64,000 nt of DNA. Origin: SAR202 cluster bacterium (lineage in GTDB: Bacteria; Chloroflexota; Dehalococcoidia; Lucifugimonadales; UBA3495). The notes under the pieces are model-generated. The model was not told the origin of the DNA, did no database searches, and was given only the letters and a program-made list of their open reading frames with translations. This document shows positions 1 through 9,989 of this stretch, one piece after another (position 1 is the stretch's first letter; each line of letters starts with the position of its first letter). The stretch spans positions 1,260-65,259 of the forward strand of contig JABMNL010000053.1 in assembly GCA_013204585.1 (NCBI GenBank), given 5' to 3'. The position numbers and the translations under genes are program-made.

Positions 1-161
1 TACGGCCTACGTGGTGGTTGCCGAAAACATTGGCCTAATTTTACCAGGCTGCGCGCGTATTCCCAAGGCCTGCGTGGGCATAAATTGGGTTAACGGTGAT
101 ATTGTACCTCACGCAGTATTGAATTCTATTCAGTTGAGAGACTCCAAAAGGAAGACCCACG

Positions 162-1091
162 TCAGCGGTAATGCCGGTTCATCTCTGATGCGTAGCTGCG
201 CCCCAGCGTTTCTCCATTCTCTTCTAGCCAGCGGCTAAACCTCGCTTGGCCGTTGGGTGGGCCGTCAGAAACCAGAAGACCGGCCATCAACCCATCAATT
301 TCAGCTTTGGTTAGTACCACATCTCTTACCGCGTAGCCCGCCATCCGAGAGAAGAAAAGGGCAAGTGCTGGCGGCAAGTGCGTAACCTTGGCCTTGCTGC
401 CAACGCTTGCGGCGATGAGGCGAATTAGTTGCTCGTAGGTATATACCTCGGGGCCAATGCAATCTTGGATGGTGTTTTTGCCGGTATTTTCGCCGCGTTC
501 TGCCGCGCCGACAGCCAATTCGGCTACATCTTTGACGTGCACTGGCTGGACGGAATAATTCCCATCTCCGGGAACCAGGAAGATTGGAAATTTCCTTAAG
601 AACCAAGCGATGTTATTTATTAAGACGTCCTCGGCCCCAAATATTAGTGTGGGCCGGATGATGGAGTAGGCCAAACCCGAGGCCATGATGGCCTCTTCCA
701 CCAGCGCCTTGCCTTTGAAATACCCGAGAGGCGAGCTAGCGGAGGGGTTCGTAATGCTGATATGAACAATCCGCTGAACCCCAGCTTGTGCAGCGGCATT
801 TATTAACGTCTTAGTATTTTCGACCGCAGTGTCAAAGGTGATGGGCCCACGGGGGAAGCGAATCCAGTAGGTGTTGTAGAGGGTGCTTGCTCCCCGTAGG
901 TTTAGGGTTAGCGTATCTGGGTCATCGAAGTACAATGGATACGCCTTTACCTGGTTTCCAAAGGGACTAGTGCGTTCGGGATGGCCGGTAAGCGTCCGGA
1001 CCTTATGCCCATTGGCCAGCAGTTTCCGGGCGATGTATTTACCGGTATAGCCAAAGGCTCCGGTGACTACATTTAGGTCAGCATTGTTCAT
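162..1091 (-). CDS. NAD(P)-binding atypical SDR / epimerase-dehydratase (NDUFA9-like)
   Basis: N-terminal VTGAFGYTG Rossmann motif, YFKGK (YxxxK), IIRPTLIFG. Confidence 0.8.
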   Translation of the reverse strand: MNNADLNVVTGAFGYTGKYIARKLLANGHKVRTLTGHPERTSPFGNQVKAYPLYFDDPDTLTLNLRGASTLYNTYWIRFPRGPITFDTAVENTKTLINAAAQAGVQRIVHISITNPSASSPLGYFKGKALVEEAIMASGLAYSIIRPTLIFGAEDVLINNIAWFLRKFPIFLVPGDGNYSVQPVHVKDVAELAVGAAERGENTGKNTIQDCIGPEVYTYEQLIRLIAASVGSKAKVTHLPPALALFFSRMAGYAVRDVVLTKAEIDGLMAGLLVSDGPPNGQARFSRWLEENGETLGRSYASEMNRHYR

Positions 1092-2071
1092 GGCAAATTG
1101 TCTGGCGGTGGCGAATCTACAGGCCCAATCCCGAAATCCATAGCTGGCCCCGTAGGCTCTAACGGATTACTTTTTGGTAGCGATTGTCCTAAAACTATTT
1201 CAAAGTGCTCGAATAGGTGCTTTTCTTCCAAATGAAATGCACCGCCTAACTGCTTGCCTGTATCCGGCTGCACGTCTATATACGATTGTCCACCAGCCAC
1301 CTGTATCCGAATACGTTCCAATTCCCTGAACGCCAAACATAGAGCATTGTCTAGGGAAACAACCCGACCACTAATATTGATATTCGCTCCAATCGTTTCC
1401 TAGCACAACGGCGTTGAGGTAGGACGGGGAGTTGAAGTGGGTACGGCTGTCGGTTCAATCGGCGCAGTTTCTGAACCAGAATTATTGGTGCCGACGTCAA
1501 ACGCCGCTATGCTGCCATCTTTGGAGGAAGTCGCGGGAGAAGCCTGAGTTGCGTGGTTACCCAGTTCTTCTCCAGACTTGGATAAGATGCGCCGCACCAA
1601 CATCTCGCCGACCAACACCGATTCCAACCGGGCCGCACCTTCTTCGGACCTGTAATCTTTTCGGATGACAATATCTTTTCCCCATAGGTCTTCGCCGGTT
1701 TCCGTTGACGACTCATTGCCCTGAGCATCAATGAACGAGCGTGGGCGGCGCAGCACAACCGTTGATGTCGATGGGATATGGGAGATGAAGGCAAAGCCTG
1801 CCCCGTCGATGATTGGGCTGGGATAGGCGAACCGCACGCTGACCTCATCGTCGAACGTGAACTTGTAATCGTCGGGCCACCGGTCGTATTGGTTCTGGAA
1901 GTCCTCAGGGGTGTGGACTCCCTGGGATGGAGCCAACGGGGAAGGGGTTGCCGTGGGCGTCGTCTGGGCGTAAGCGGTCAGCAGCATCGTAGCCAACAGA
2001 GTGGCTATGGACAGTAATATCGCCCTTGGCCTTATTGAAAGATTTATCTGCTTAGTCGCAACTCCAGACAT
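1088..2071 (-). pseudogene. Probable pseudogene of a secreted/lipoprotein, split by one in-frame TAG at 1400-1402
   Basis: ORFs 1400..2071 and 1088..1336 share a frame and the intervening codons are open (ETIGANINISGRVVSLDNALC). The signal peptide ends LLTAY where a lipobox LLTAC is expected. PT-rich linkers. Confidence 0.6.
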
Positions 2072-2591
2072 CTTCCTCCCCCTCAGCCAACGGTCTGAAC
2101 TCAGCTACAGCGCCGGATGCGCTGGTATAGCGAGCCAAATTCTCCGTTATCATTTTCATAGAGCCTTTGTCGATTGGATTTCCCCAGCCTGGAGGTGGGT
2201 TACCGTTGCGAACCGAAAGCTCTGGTTCAGTAATCCAGTGGCGGCCATCGAAGTATGCTCTGCGAACGCCACAGTGGGTGTACAGCGTGAAGGAATACTC
2301 CTTGCCCAGTTCAATTCCGGGGCCGCACGGCAGTTCCACAATCCCTTCCCCACACCACCGGCCAGGAAGTAAAGGTCTCGGCGTCGGCGTATTCGGCGGG
2401 GCAATGGTCAATTCATATACAACCGCTGCGGCTGGTTCGTCAGTAGCAGCGGGCGATTCACCAGAAGTTGAGGTGGGCGCAAGAGCGGTCTGGCCGCAGG
2501 CGGACAGAGTTAATAGCATTGCAACCATCAGCAATAAGGCAGCCAGGCCAAATAGTTTTGCCGGTTTCTTAATCAATGAATCACCGGGCAC
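2052..2591 (-). CDS. Hypothetical lipoprotein
   Basis: Signal peptide with LTLSAC lipobox, PT-rich linker, globular domain with LYTHCG. Confidence 0.7.
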   Translation of the reverse strand: MPGDSLIKKPAKLFGLAALLLMVAMLLTLSACGQTALAPTSTSGESPAATDEPAAAVVYELTIAPPNTPTPRPLLPGRWCGEGIVELPCGPGIELGKEYSFTLYTHCGVRRAYFDGRHWITEPELSVRNGNPPPGWGNPIDKGSMKMITENLARYTSASGAVAEFRPLAEGEEDVWSCD

Positions 2592-2705
2592 ACCATAAGA
2601 GATAGCACTGCTTACAGTATAGGGAAGCTCCCTATTTCCGAGTCTCGAAAAATCATTCGAGACTTATTGACTTCCCCTGAGTCTCAAGCTTTACGGGCAT
2701 CCAAA

Positions 2706-2758
2706 GGGAATACTCGGCCTGGAATCGAGCCCGTCCCTACACCTCTAACTGGGCTGCC
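2706..2758. repeat. 53-bp direct repeat, copy A (displaced duplicate of yyaL 3' end)
   Basis: gggaatactcggcctggaatcgagcccgtccctacacctctaactgggctgcc matches 5970..6022 at 47/53 by manual alignment. Confidence 0.9.
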
Positions 2759-3428
2759 GAATCCTACGCCGATGGCGAGCAGTCGTCTTGAAAAAAGCTC
2801 CAATCTGTAGTGTGATCAATATTGCTGTCAGAACCGCGAAAGGGATCTGAAACCAATTGGGATCGGGAATCGTCCGGTGAAATGACATTGTGTAGTGGAT
2901 ATACAGGAAATATGCGGTATGCAAGGCTACAGCATAGAAGATGGTATAGGCTCCGTAGTGTAGAAATTTCCAGGCGCTCGCGCCCAGCGCGCGAGTCGCC
3001 CAATCTGTTGACGTTGCCATCAGGGGCAGGGCAATCAGGACAGCCAGCAGTCCCAGCAGGTTGGCCATGCCAAATCCCGACTCCATCCGAACCGTTTGGT
3101 CTATCGTCGGGATATATTGATATCCCATGAACTGGCCCACATCCCACAGCACCCAGCCGTCCAGGATAATAATAGTGTGGATGATAGCGAAAATTCCGAA
3201 CCAGATTCCAAATTCCCTCCGGTAGGGCAGAAGAATTCGAGCCCACGGCACAAAACTCGCCGCTGGTCCCAAAGCCAGGGTCACGTAGAGCAGAATCAGA
3301 CTTCCGTCTCCGACTGATCTCCAGAACCGCATATCTGACGACCACTCCGGACGGCTAAGCCAAAACAGGTAGATTACGCCTGCCCCAATGAGGCCCACGA
3401 TTGTATGTCTGGTAGTTAGACTTGCCAT
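2745..3428 (-). CDS. Ferric reductase-like transmembrane protein (MsrQ/YedZ-like heme b)
   Basis: About 6 TM helices, RREFG, heme His residues, LMATS, WKFLHYGAY motif. Confidence 0.8.
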   Translation of the reverse strand: MASLTTRHTIVGLIGAGVIYLFWLSRPEWSSDMRFWRSVGDGSLILLYVTLALGPAASFVPWARILLPYRREFGIWFGIFAIIHTIIILDGWVLWDVGQFMGYQYIPTIDQTVRMESGFGMANLLGLLAVLIALPLMATSTDWATRALGASAWKFLHYGAYTIFYAVALHTAYFLYIHYTMSFHRTIPDPNWFQIPFAVLTAILITLQIGAFFKTTARHRRRIRQPS

Positions 3429-3768
3429 ATTCTTCCCCTAACGGTCTAGATTGCTTGAGATTACCGTTGCCAACGAAATCCACCCGTCTTAACCAACGCG
3501 CATCGGCATCGACCGATAATTAGGCGTTAATAATACGTATGGGCATTCATACTTGGTTCTCTGTGTCTTCCGGTAATCTAGTTCGCATCTTTGAACAATT
3601 GCCTGCCTCGGTATCACCTTCCGGGTCTGGAGCTTCTAACGCCGCAAGTATGATTCCACGTGGCCGTCAGGGAATCCACAAACATGCTGACATCGTATTA
3701 ATTAAGTTGTTTATTAGGTTGATTTAACACGTTCTAGTCCGAGGCTTTATAACCTTGGGTAGTGAAAT

Positions 3769-3999
3769 ATGACCAGAAGGAGACCCCACATGAATTTCCG
3801 CAATGCTTTACAACGTACAAGCCTGTTTCTGGGCCTCGCATCCCTTGTGCTGGCTCTCTGGAGCGGCATGCACCTACAGCATCTGCTGGACGACGGAGGC
3901 AGTAGGCACGCCGGAGAGACCATTGTAGCAATCGTGTTGACGTTGCTGGTGTTCGCCGGCTGTTGGTATGGCACCCGCCATCAAACGGACCGTGAATAA
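3769..3999 (+). CDS. Small two-helix membrane protein
   Basis: Two hydrophobic segments around a His-containing loop; overlaps next gene. Confidence 0.4.
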   Translation: MTRRRPHMNFRNALQRTSLFLGLASLVLALWSGMHLQHLLDDGGSRHAGETIVAIVLTLLVFAGCWYGTRHQTDRE

Positions 4000-4891
4000 G
4001 GTCCGACCGAAGTTTAACTTTAGGAGGGCCAGGCGCTGGCCAATCATCGCCATCGGGTTAGTGGCTGCGGTTGCGATTATCGTGGGGCTAACGGCTCTAT
4101 TCCTACGACCCGGCTCTGAACCCTCTGTTTCGCCGATCTCACGAGTGGAGACCCAAGACTATCACGCTCTGGCGTTAGCGCCCGGTAATCCAGATACCGT
4201 TTTCTTTGGGCACCACGGTGGGATACTCGAGAGTTTAGATGGAGGGAAGACTTGGAACAAGATCTCCGGCCTGAGCCAAGACGCCATGAACCTTGCCGTG
4301 AGCCATGAAAACCCGGAGGTGATGTACCTGGCTGGCCACAACGTGTTCATGAAGAGCGGAGACGGCGGACAGACCTGGCGAGACATCCAGAACAATCTGC
4401 CAGGTCTGGACCTGCACTGGTTTGCCCCGGACCCTGATAATTCCTCCAGGCTTTACGCGAACGCTGCGGGCTTTGGCCTCCACCAGAGTTCCGATGGCGG
4501 GGTCACATGGACGCCCTGGGACCTCCAGATTCCCGGTGATGCTTCCGTATCTGCGCTGACGGTATTGGGAGGACGCCCGGTAAACGTGCTGGCCGGAACC
4601 GAGGATGGCAACCTTTTTTTGTCCTCCGATGGCGCCGCCTCGTGGGAACAGGTCGGCACCGTGAACTCCATGCCCATGGCCTTTGCGTTAAATCCGGATG
4701 GCGTCACCATCTATCTGGGATCCATGGACGGCGTGTACCGTTCTGAGGATAAGGGTTTATCGTGGACTCGGTTACCGCTTGAAACCAGGGTGATGGCCTT
4801 GGCGGCCGGCGGGTTGAACCCCGAGCGGGTTGTGGTGGTGAACGACAAGGGCGAAGTGTTCCGTAGCGATGACGGGGGGCAGACGTGGTAG
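3968..4891 (+). CDS. Membrane-anchored BNR/Asp-box beta-propeller (YCF48/F510_1955-like)
   Basis: N-terminal TM helix and six SxDGGxTW-type Asp-box repeats. Confidence 0.85.
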   Translation: MAPAIKRTVNKVRPKFNFRRARRWPIIAIGLVAAVAIIVGLTALFLRPGSEPSVSPISRVETQDYHALALAPGNPDTVFFGHHGGILESLDGGKTWNKISGLSQDAMNLAVSHENPEVMYLAGHNVFMKSGDGGQTWRDIQNNLPGLDLHWFAPDPDNSSRLYANAAGFGLHQSSDGGVTWTPWDLQIPGDASVSALTVLGGRPVNVLAGTEDGNLFLSSDGAASWEQVGTVNSMPMAFALNPDGVTIYLGSMDGVYRSEDKGLSWTRLPLETRVMALAAGGLNPERVVVVNDKGEVFRSDDGGQTW

Positions 4892-5163
4892 CGCTCCGAC
4901 CCAACTCCGTACTTGCTTATCTGAAGAGCGTCGGTCCGTACTTGGTGCTCCCTGGGCTCGTACTCTTGGCGATTATGGCCGTTCTTGGTCCCGAAATGTG
5001 GAGTGCCGTATACGCCTCCGCCAAGGTTTGTAGAGCATGGATGGTGGAGTCGCTGCTGTTTGGTGCCCTGCCTGCGTTGGCCATCTTTCTGTTTTTAGAT
5101 TCATTGGTGGTATTCCGGCGAAGGTGCATTGATCCGTGTAATGACGGGAGACACTTAACTTGA
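4885..5163 (+). CDS. Small membrane protein
   Basis: Two hydrophobic helices; start overlaps upstream stop. Confidence 0.4.
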   Translation: MVALRPNSVLAYLKSVGPYLVLPGLVLLAIMAVLGPEMWSAVYASAKVCRAWMVESLLFGALPALAIFLFLDSLVVFRRRCIDPCNDGRHLT

Positions 5164-5423
5164 GGGGCTGGAGGTTAGCAAAAGAGAAAGAGAGGCATCC
5201 GACTTCGTTGACAATTTGCTTGAGCTTACCAAATAAAGCACCGAGCGCCCCGTAAGATTAACGATGAATTCTGGATCCCGGCTGTTGTGCAGGTTCTTAC
5301 CCCAACGTCGCGAACGTGGAAGGTGAAACTGAGCTATATTTGACGGGGCCTGGTTCGTACCTGATTTATGGATGGGTAATCTATGCGGATATTTTCTTCT
5401 TGGAAGATACCTGAGGCAATGGT

Positions 5424-5921
5424 TTGAAGAGAGGCAAAATACAGCTTTGGGGAGTCGGTGCAGCCGGTCTGTTAGTTGCTGGTGTACTGATTTGGTGGTT
5501 CGTAGCAGAGATTCCTGACACCCGATTGGGCAATCCAGCGACTGAGTCTGTGCAATCTCTGGAATCAACGCAAATCGAAATCGGCCGCACCACCTACCAG
5601 GCAAATTGCGCCCAGTGCCACGGGGCGAATGCCGAGGGCCAGCCATTCTGGCAACAACGGAACACTGACGGAACATTGAAGCCGCCGCCCCACGACGAAA
5701 CCGGTCACACCTGGCACCACAGTGACGGCCTCCTCTTCCGCATCGTTCGGGATGGGGGCACGATCTACGAGACGCCGGGGTTCAAGAGCAGCATGCCGGC
5801 CTTTGGGGACCGGCTAAGCTCCGAAGAGATCAAGGCCGTCATCACCTACTTCAAGAGCCTTTGGGGCCCGGAAATAAGGTCATCCCAGGCTGAGGTGAGC
5901 CAGCGGGACCCCTTCCCATGA
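5424..5921 (+). CDS. Membrane-anchored monoheme cytochrome c
   Basis: CAQCH heme motif, PPPHDETGHTWHHSD, MPAFG distal Met. Confidence 0.9.
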   Translation: MKRGKIQLWGVGAAGLLVAGVLIWWFVAEIPDTRLGNPATESVQSLESTQIEIGRTTYQANCAQCHGANAEGQPFWQQRNTDGTLKPPPHDETGHTWHHSDGLLFRIVRDGGTIYETPGFKSSMPAFGDRLSSEEIKAVITYFKSLWGPEIRSSQAEVSQRDPFP

Positions 5922-5969
5922 TGGACAAGGATTGATGACTATACCCACGATTAACAAATCGATGCTAAT

Positions 5970-6022
5970 GGGAATACTCGGTCTCGATTCGAGCCCGTCC
6001 CTACCCCTCTAGTTGGGCTGCC
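5970..6022. repeat. 53-bp direct repeat, copy B (yyaL last codons plus downstream 31 bp)
   Basis: Matches 2706..2758 at 47/53. Confidence 0.9.
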
Positions 6023-8040
6023 AATTCCTCTGGCGTGGTCACCGGCAGTTGGCAGGCGTAGTTCTGGCAGACATAAGCTGTGGGTTGGCCGTCGATCATG
6101 TCTCGGCTTTCCAGTAAGGGCAGGCCGTGTTCGCCAGCGTTGTCGGCGCCGACCAAGACTTTGTTGGGGTGGAAGCTGCCGTAAACGGTTTTCAGCAGGG
6201 CGGCGGTGGCTAGGTTGTCGCGAGGGCCGATGATGACGACCTCCTTGGGCGTGGACACGTAGAAGTCCAGGGCGGCCAGCCAATGACCGGTACCCGCCGG
6301 GGCGCGGCCCATCAAATCGTGGAGGGTACGTAGTGGGGTGGCAGCCTTGACCCGGTAGTCTTCGTTCCCCGTAGTCACTGCCAGCTTGAGCAGCACGTCG
6401 GTGGCCACCGAGCCGCCGCAGGGCTGGGCGTTGTCCAGAACGTCCCTGGGTCGGATAACTAGCTGGTCGTGGTCGGTGCTGGTGTCATAGAATCCGCCTA
6501 CTTCGTCGTCCCAGAACAGTTCAATCATTCGGTCGGCCAGGCTGGTCGCTTCGGTCAGCCATCTTCGTTCAAAGGTCGCTTCATAAAGAGCGAGGAGTCC
6601 GTCGGCGACAAATGAATAGTCTTCTAGATAGCCGGGCAGCTTGGCCTGGCCCTTACGGTAAGTACGGAGCAGCTTGCCATCGGGCCGCATGGTTTCCAGC
6701 AGGAAGTTGGCGTTTTTGATGGCGGCGTCCAGGTAGTCCTGGCGTTCCAACGCCGCGCCGGCCTCGGCAAAGCTGCGGAGCATCATTCCGTTCCAGGAAG
6801 CCAGGACCTTGTCGTCCAGCAGCGGGTGTACCCGCTTCTCCCGCTCTGTCCACAGCAATTTCTTGCCCCGCTGGATAACGTCAACCAAATTATCCAGAGA
6901 AAGTCCGTGCTGTTTGGCGTAGTCGCTGGCCTTGTGGGAGATGTTTAAGATGTTGCTGCCTTCGAAATTGCCCGACTGGGAAACGCCAAAGAACCCGCTG
7001 AATATGGCGGCTTCTTCGGCTCCAAGTACGGCTTCAATCTCAGATGGCGTCCAGACGAAGAATTTGCCCTCTTCGCCTTCGCTGTCGGCGTCGGTGGCGG
7101 AATAGAAACCGCCCTCCGGGCCGGTCATCTCCCTCAGAATGTAGTCCAGTGTCTCCTCGGCGATGCGCCGGTACATTCCTCGCCCCGTCTCCAAATGGGC
7201 GTGAAGATAAAGTCGGGACAGCAGGGCGTTGTCGTAGAGCATCTTCTCGAAGTGAGGCACCAGCCAGTAGGCATCAGTCGAATATCGGGCGAACCCACCG
7301 GCAATCTGGTCGTAGATGCCGCCCATGGCCATCTTCTCCAGGGTCAGGTTCACCATCTCCAAAGCCCGTTCGTTGTAGCCGTGGTGGTAATAGCGGAGCA
7401 GAATCTCCAGGTTCATGGCTTGGGGGAACTTGGGCGCGGTGCCAGTGCCGCCGTTCTGGTAGTCGAAGTTGGTGGCCAGCACGGTATACGCCCGGTGAAT
7501 GATGTCCACCGTCAGGGGCGTGTCACCCTTGGGCATCAGGCCGGTCCGGCCCATCTGGGCGGTTAGCTGGGTTGTCACTCGGTCAATCTCGTCTTTGCTG
7601 TTGTGATAGGACTTGGCGACTGACTCCAGCAGACGGGGAAAGCCGGGCATGTTGAAGCGGTCCACCGGCGGGAAATAGGTGCCACCATAGAAGGGGCGAC
7701 CGTCGGGAGTGAGGAACACGGTCATGGGCCAGCCGCCGCTGCCGGTCAGCATCTGCACGGCTTCCATGTAGACCGCGTCTAGGTCGGGGCGCTCTTCCCG
7801 GTCGACCTTGATGTTGATGAAGTGTTCGTTCATCAACATGGCTGTGGCCTCGTTCTCGAATGACTCGCGCTCCATGACGTGGCACCAGTGGCAGGCGGAG
7901 TAGCCGATGCTTAGCATGATTGGCTTGTCTTCGTCTTTGGCCCGTTGCAGGGCTTCCTGACCCCATGGGTACCAGTCCACGGGGTTGTTGGCGTGTTGCA
8001 ATAGATAAGGACTGGTCTCGTCAATCAGTCGATTGGGCAT
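6001..8040 (-). CDS. yyaL: YyaL/SPATA20 family thioredoxin-domain protein (DUF255)
   Basis: [47 protein letters not shown]. Confidence 0.93.
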   Translation of the reverse strand: MPNRLIDETSPYLLQHANNPVDWYPWGQEALQRAKDEDKPIMLSIGYSACHWCHVMERESFENEATAMLMNEHFINIKVDREERPDLDAVYMEAVQMLTGSGGWPMTVFLTPDGRPFYGGTYFPPVDRFNMPGFPRLLESVAKSYHNSKDEIDRVTTQLTAQMGRTGLMPKGDTPLTVDIIHRAYTVLATNFDYQNGGTGTAPKFPQAMNLEILLRYYHHGYNERALEMVNLTLEKMAMGGIYDQIAGGFARYSTDAYWLVPHFEKMLYDNALLSRLYLHAHLETGRGMYRRIAEETLDYILREMTGPEGGFYSATDADSEGEEGKFFVWTPSEIEAVLGAEEAAIFSGFFGVSQSGNFEGSNILNISHKASDYAKQHGLSLDNLVDVIQRGKKLLWTEREKRVHPLLDDKVLASWNGMMLRSFAEAGAALERQDYLDAAIKNANFLLETMRPDGKLLRTYRKGQAKLPGYLEDYSFVADGLLALYEATFERRWLTEATSLADRMIELFWDDEVGGFYDTSTDHDQLVIRPRDVLDNAQPCGGSVATDVLLKLAVTTGNEDYRVKAATPLRTLHDLMGRAPAGTGHWLAALDFYVSTPKEVVIIGPRDNLATAALLKTVYGSFHPNKVLVGADNAGEHGLPLLESRDMIDGQPTAYVCQNYACQLPVTTPEELAAQLEG

Positions 8041-8208
8041 AGTTCACCTATATGAAAATCCGCCATTAATCCGCCTTGGCGGCGGAGACAGGAGCGGAGA
8101 GAATTCTGACGCCTATTGTCGAGTAATTTACTGGAGAAAGCCAGAGCTTCTGGTGAGTATGCTACACTCGAAATTAGGCGGGTTCATCCTGAATTAAGGA
8201 AGATGAAA

Positions 8209-9195
8209 ATGGCTGGAACAAAAGTAGTTTGTTTGACTGATTTGGATTCAGACCTCAGGCAGGTGGTCGCCGACCAAGCGCTGCCGGGCATGGAGGTAAT
8301 CTCTGAGCGGCTGGGTGCCAGTGAGGGCGAGAAAATGGAATTGGTGTCGGACGCGGACTACCTGATTATCTGGCCCGCACATATTTCCGACGATGTGTTG
8401 CGAGCGGCCAAGAAATGCAAACTGGTGCAGTGTCTCAGCGCTGGTTACGACAGGATGAACCTGGCCTTGGCCGCTGAATTGGGGATTCCCGTGGCCAACA
8501 ACGGCGGCGCCAACAGCGTGGCGGTGGCCGAGCACACCATGATGCTAATACTGGCATCGTTGCGGAAGATGGTGGTTAACGCAAACAATGTGGCCTCGGG
8601 TGGGTGGCGTAAGTCCCAAGAGCGCCGCCCCGACGTTTTCGAATTCGAGGGCAAGACCCTGGGTCTGATTGGCATCGGCAACATAGCCAAGAAGGTGGCG
8701 AAACGGGCCAGGGCGTTTGATGTCGAAGTCCAGTATTACGACCGGTTCGCCACCCTTACCGATGATGAGCAACGGGAGTTGGGAGTCAAACCGGTGGAAT
8801 TCGAGGAGTTGCTGCGCACCTCAGATGTGGTTAGCATCCACGTTCCGCTGACCGGGGAAACCCGCAACCTGATAGCCAAAGACCAACTGGCGATGATGAA
8901 ACCTAGCTCCATAATCATTAACACCAGCCGCGGCGGAATCATCAACGAAGACGATTTGGCCCAAGCATTAAGCTCGGGTGTAATTGCCGCTGCTGGGTTG
9001 GACGTGTTGGAGAAAGAGCCCCCGCCAGCCGGTCACCCGCTGACGAAGCTTCCTAACGCCATAATCACGCCCCACAACGCGGGGCCAACCCTGGAATCCA
9101 TCCCCAAACGAGCGGCCAACGCCTTCGCGAACATCCAGAGAGTGATTGACGGCGGAGCGCCAGAGTGGACCGCCAAGTTCGGGAATACTGGGTAA
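8209..9195 (+). CDS. D-isomer-specific 2-hydroxyacid dehydrogenase
   Basis: GIGNIA nucleotide motif, INTSRGG, GLDVLEKEP, TPHNAG; start placed at ATG 8209 after AAGGAAG. Confidence 0.9.
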   Translation: MAGTKVVCLTDLDSDLRQVVADQALPGMEVISERLGASEGEKMELVSDADYLIIWPAHISDDVLRAAKKCKLVQCLSAGYDRMNLALAAELGIPVANNGGANSVAVAEHTMMLILASLRKMVVNANNVASGGWRKSQERRPDVFEFEGKTLGLIGIGNIAKKVAKRARAFDVEVQYYDRFATLTDDEQRELGVKPVEFEELLRTSDVVSIHVPLTGETRNLIAKDQLAMMKPSSIIINTSRGGIINEDDLAQALSSGVIAAAGLDVLEKEPPPAGHPLTKLPNAIITPHNAGPTLESIPKRAANAFANIQRVIDGGAPEWTAKFGNTG

Positions 9196-9339
9196 GGGAC
9201 TTACGCGGTTTGGCCTTTGAGTATCTCGGAATTTCTCTACGGTCAGTTCCATTCTGTACCCATTGTTTAGGCGATGATCCTAGAGATATGAGGTCGAATT
9301 TTCGTTGCCAAAAGGCACACATAGTGCTACATTTGAGTA

Positions 9340-9627
9340 ATGAAATACTTCTCCTGGAGTCTTGAGAAGAATGAGAGCCTTGTCTCCAATCGAGGAGTTT
9401 CGTTCGAAGCGGTTGTATTTCATATGGGGAGGGGCGACTTGCTGGATGTCTTGGAGCATCCGAATCAAGGACGCTATCCCGGGCAGCGAATTTTCGTCGT
9501 AAATATTTTGGGCGATGCGCACCTCGTCCCATTCGTTGAAAATGAGGAGGAGGTATTTTTGAAAACGATTATTCCCAGTCGCAAGGCAACCGACAAGTAC
9601 CTGAGGCACGGAGCGTCAAATGGCTAA
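9340..9627 (+). CDS. BrnT-family (DUF497/DUF4258) type II toxin
   Basis: FSWSLEKNESL..RGVSFE, HPNQGRYPGQ, FLKTIIPSRK; overlaps antitoxin. Confidence 0.8.
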   Translation: MKYFSWSLEKNESLVSNRGVSFEAVVFHMGRGDLLDVLEHPNQGRYPGQRIFVVNILGDAHLVPFVENEEEVFLKTIIPSRKATDKYLRHGASNG

Positions 9628-9895
9628 GCTCGACAAAGAAGAAAAGGACCTACTTGACTCTTACGAGCGGGACGAGTGGCGACCAGCAGCGGATATGGAA
9701 TCCGATATTGATCGCTACGGACAGTATGCCCGCGCGTCTTCCAAGAAAGATATGCGGGTGAACATTCGCCTATCTAAGAAAGATTTAGATGCTCTCCAAA
9801 AGCGCGCATTGGAGGAAGGCATTCCGTATCAAACTCTGATGGGAAGCGTTTTGCACAAGTACGTTGATGGTCGTCTGGTTGAAAAGAACCGTTAA
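9620..9895 (+). CDS. CopG/BrnA-like ribbon-helix-helix antitoxin
   Basis: RVNIRL...EEGIPYQTL..LHKYV; follows toxin. Confidence 0.8.
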   Translation: MAKLDKEEKDLLDSYERDEWRPAADMESDIDRYGQYARASSKKDMRVNIRLSKKDLDALQKRALEEGIPYQTLMGSVLHKYVDGRLVEKNR

Positions 9896-9989
9896 GGGTA
9901 TGCGCAGGTCGAATGGTTGGGAATCGCGCTGCAGAACTCGTTGGGGCTTGGCAGCGTCTAACATAACTTCGAATAACCACCGAGCAAAA

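Noticed and set aside
1-160. ORF 11..238 and a possible gene end at the window edge
   Set aside because: No recognisable motif; it overlaps the SDR gene and there is too little context
1400-1402. Pyrrolysine or amber recoding
   Set aside because: TAG is the normal stop of many genes here, no pyl genes are visible, and a second lesion favours decay
3547-3693. Minus-strand MSACLWIP-TGA-RPRG... as a selenoprotein
   Set aside because: No recognisable family, SD or convincing SECIS
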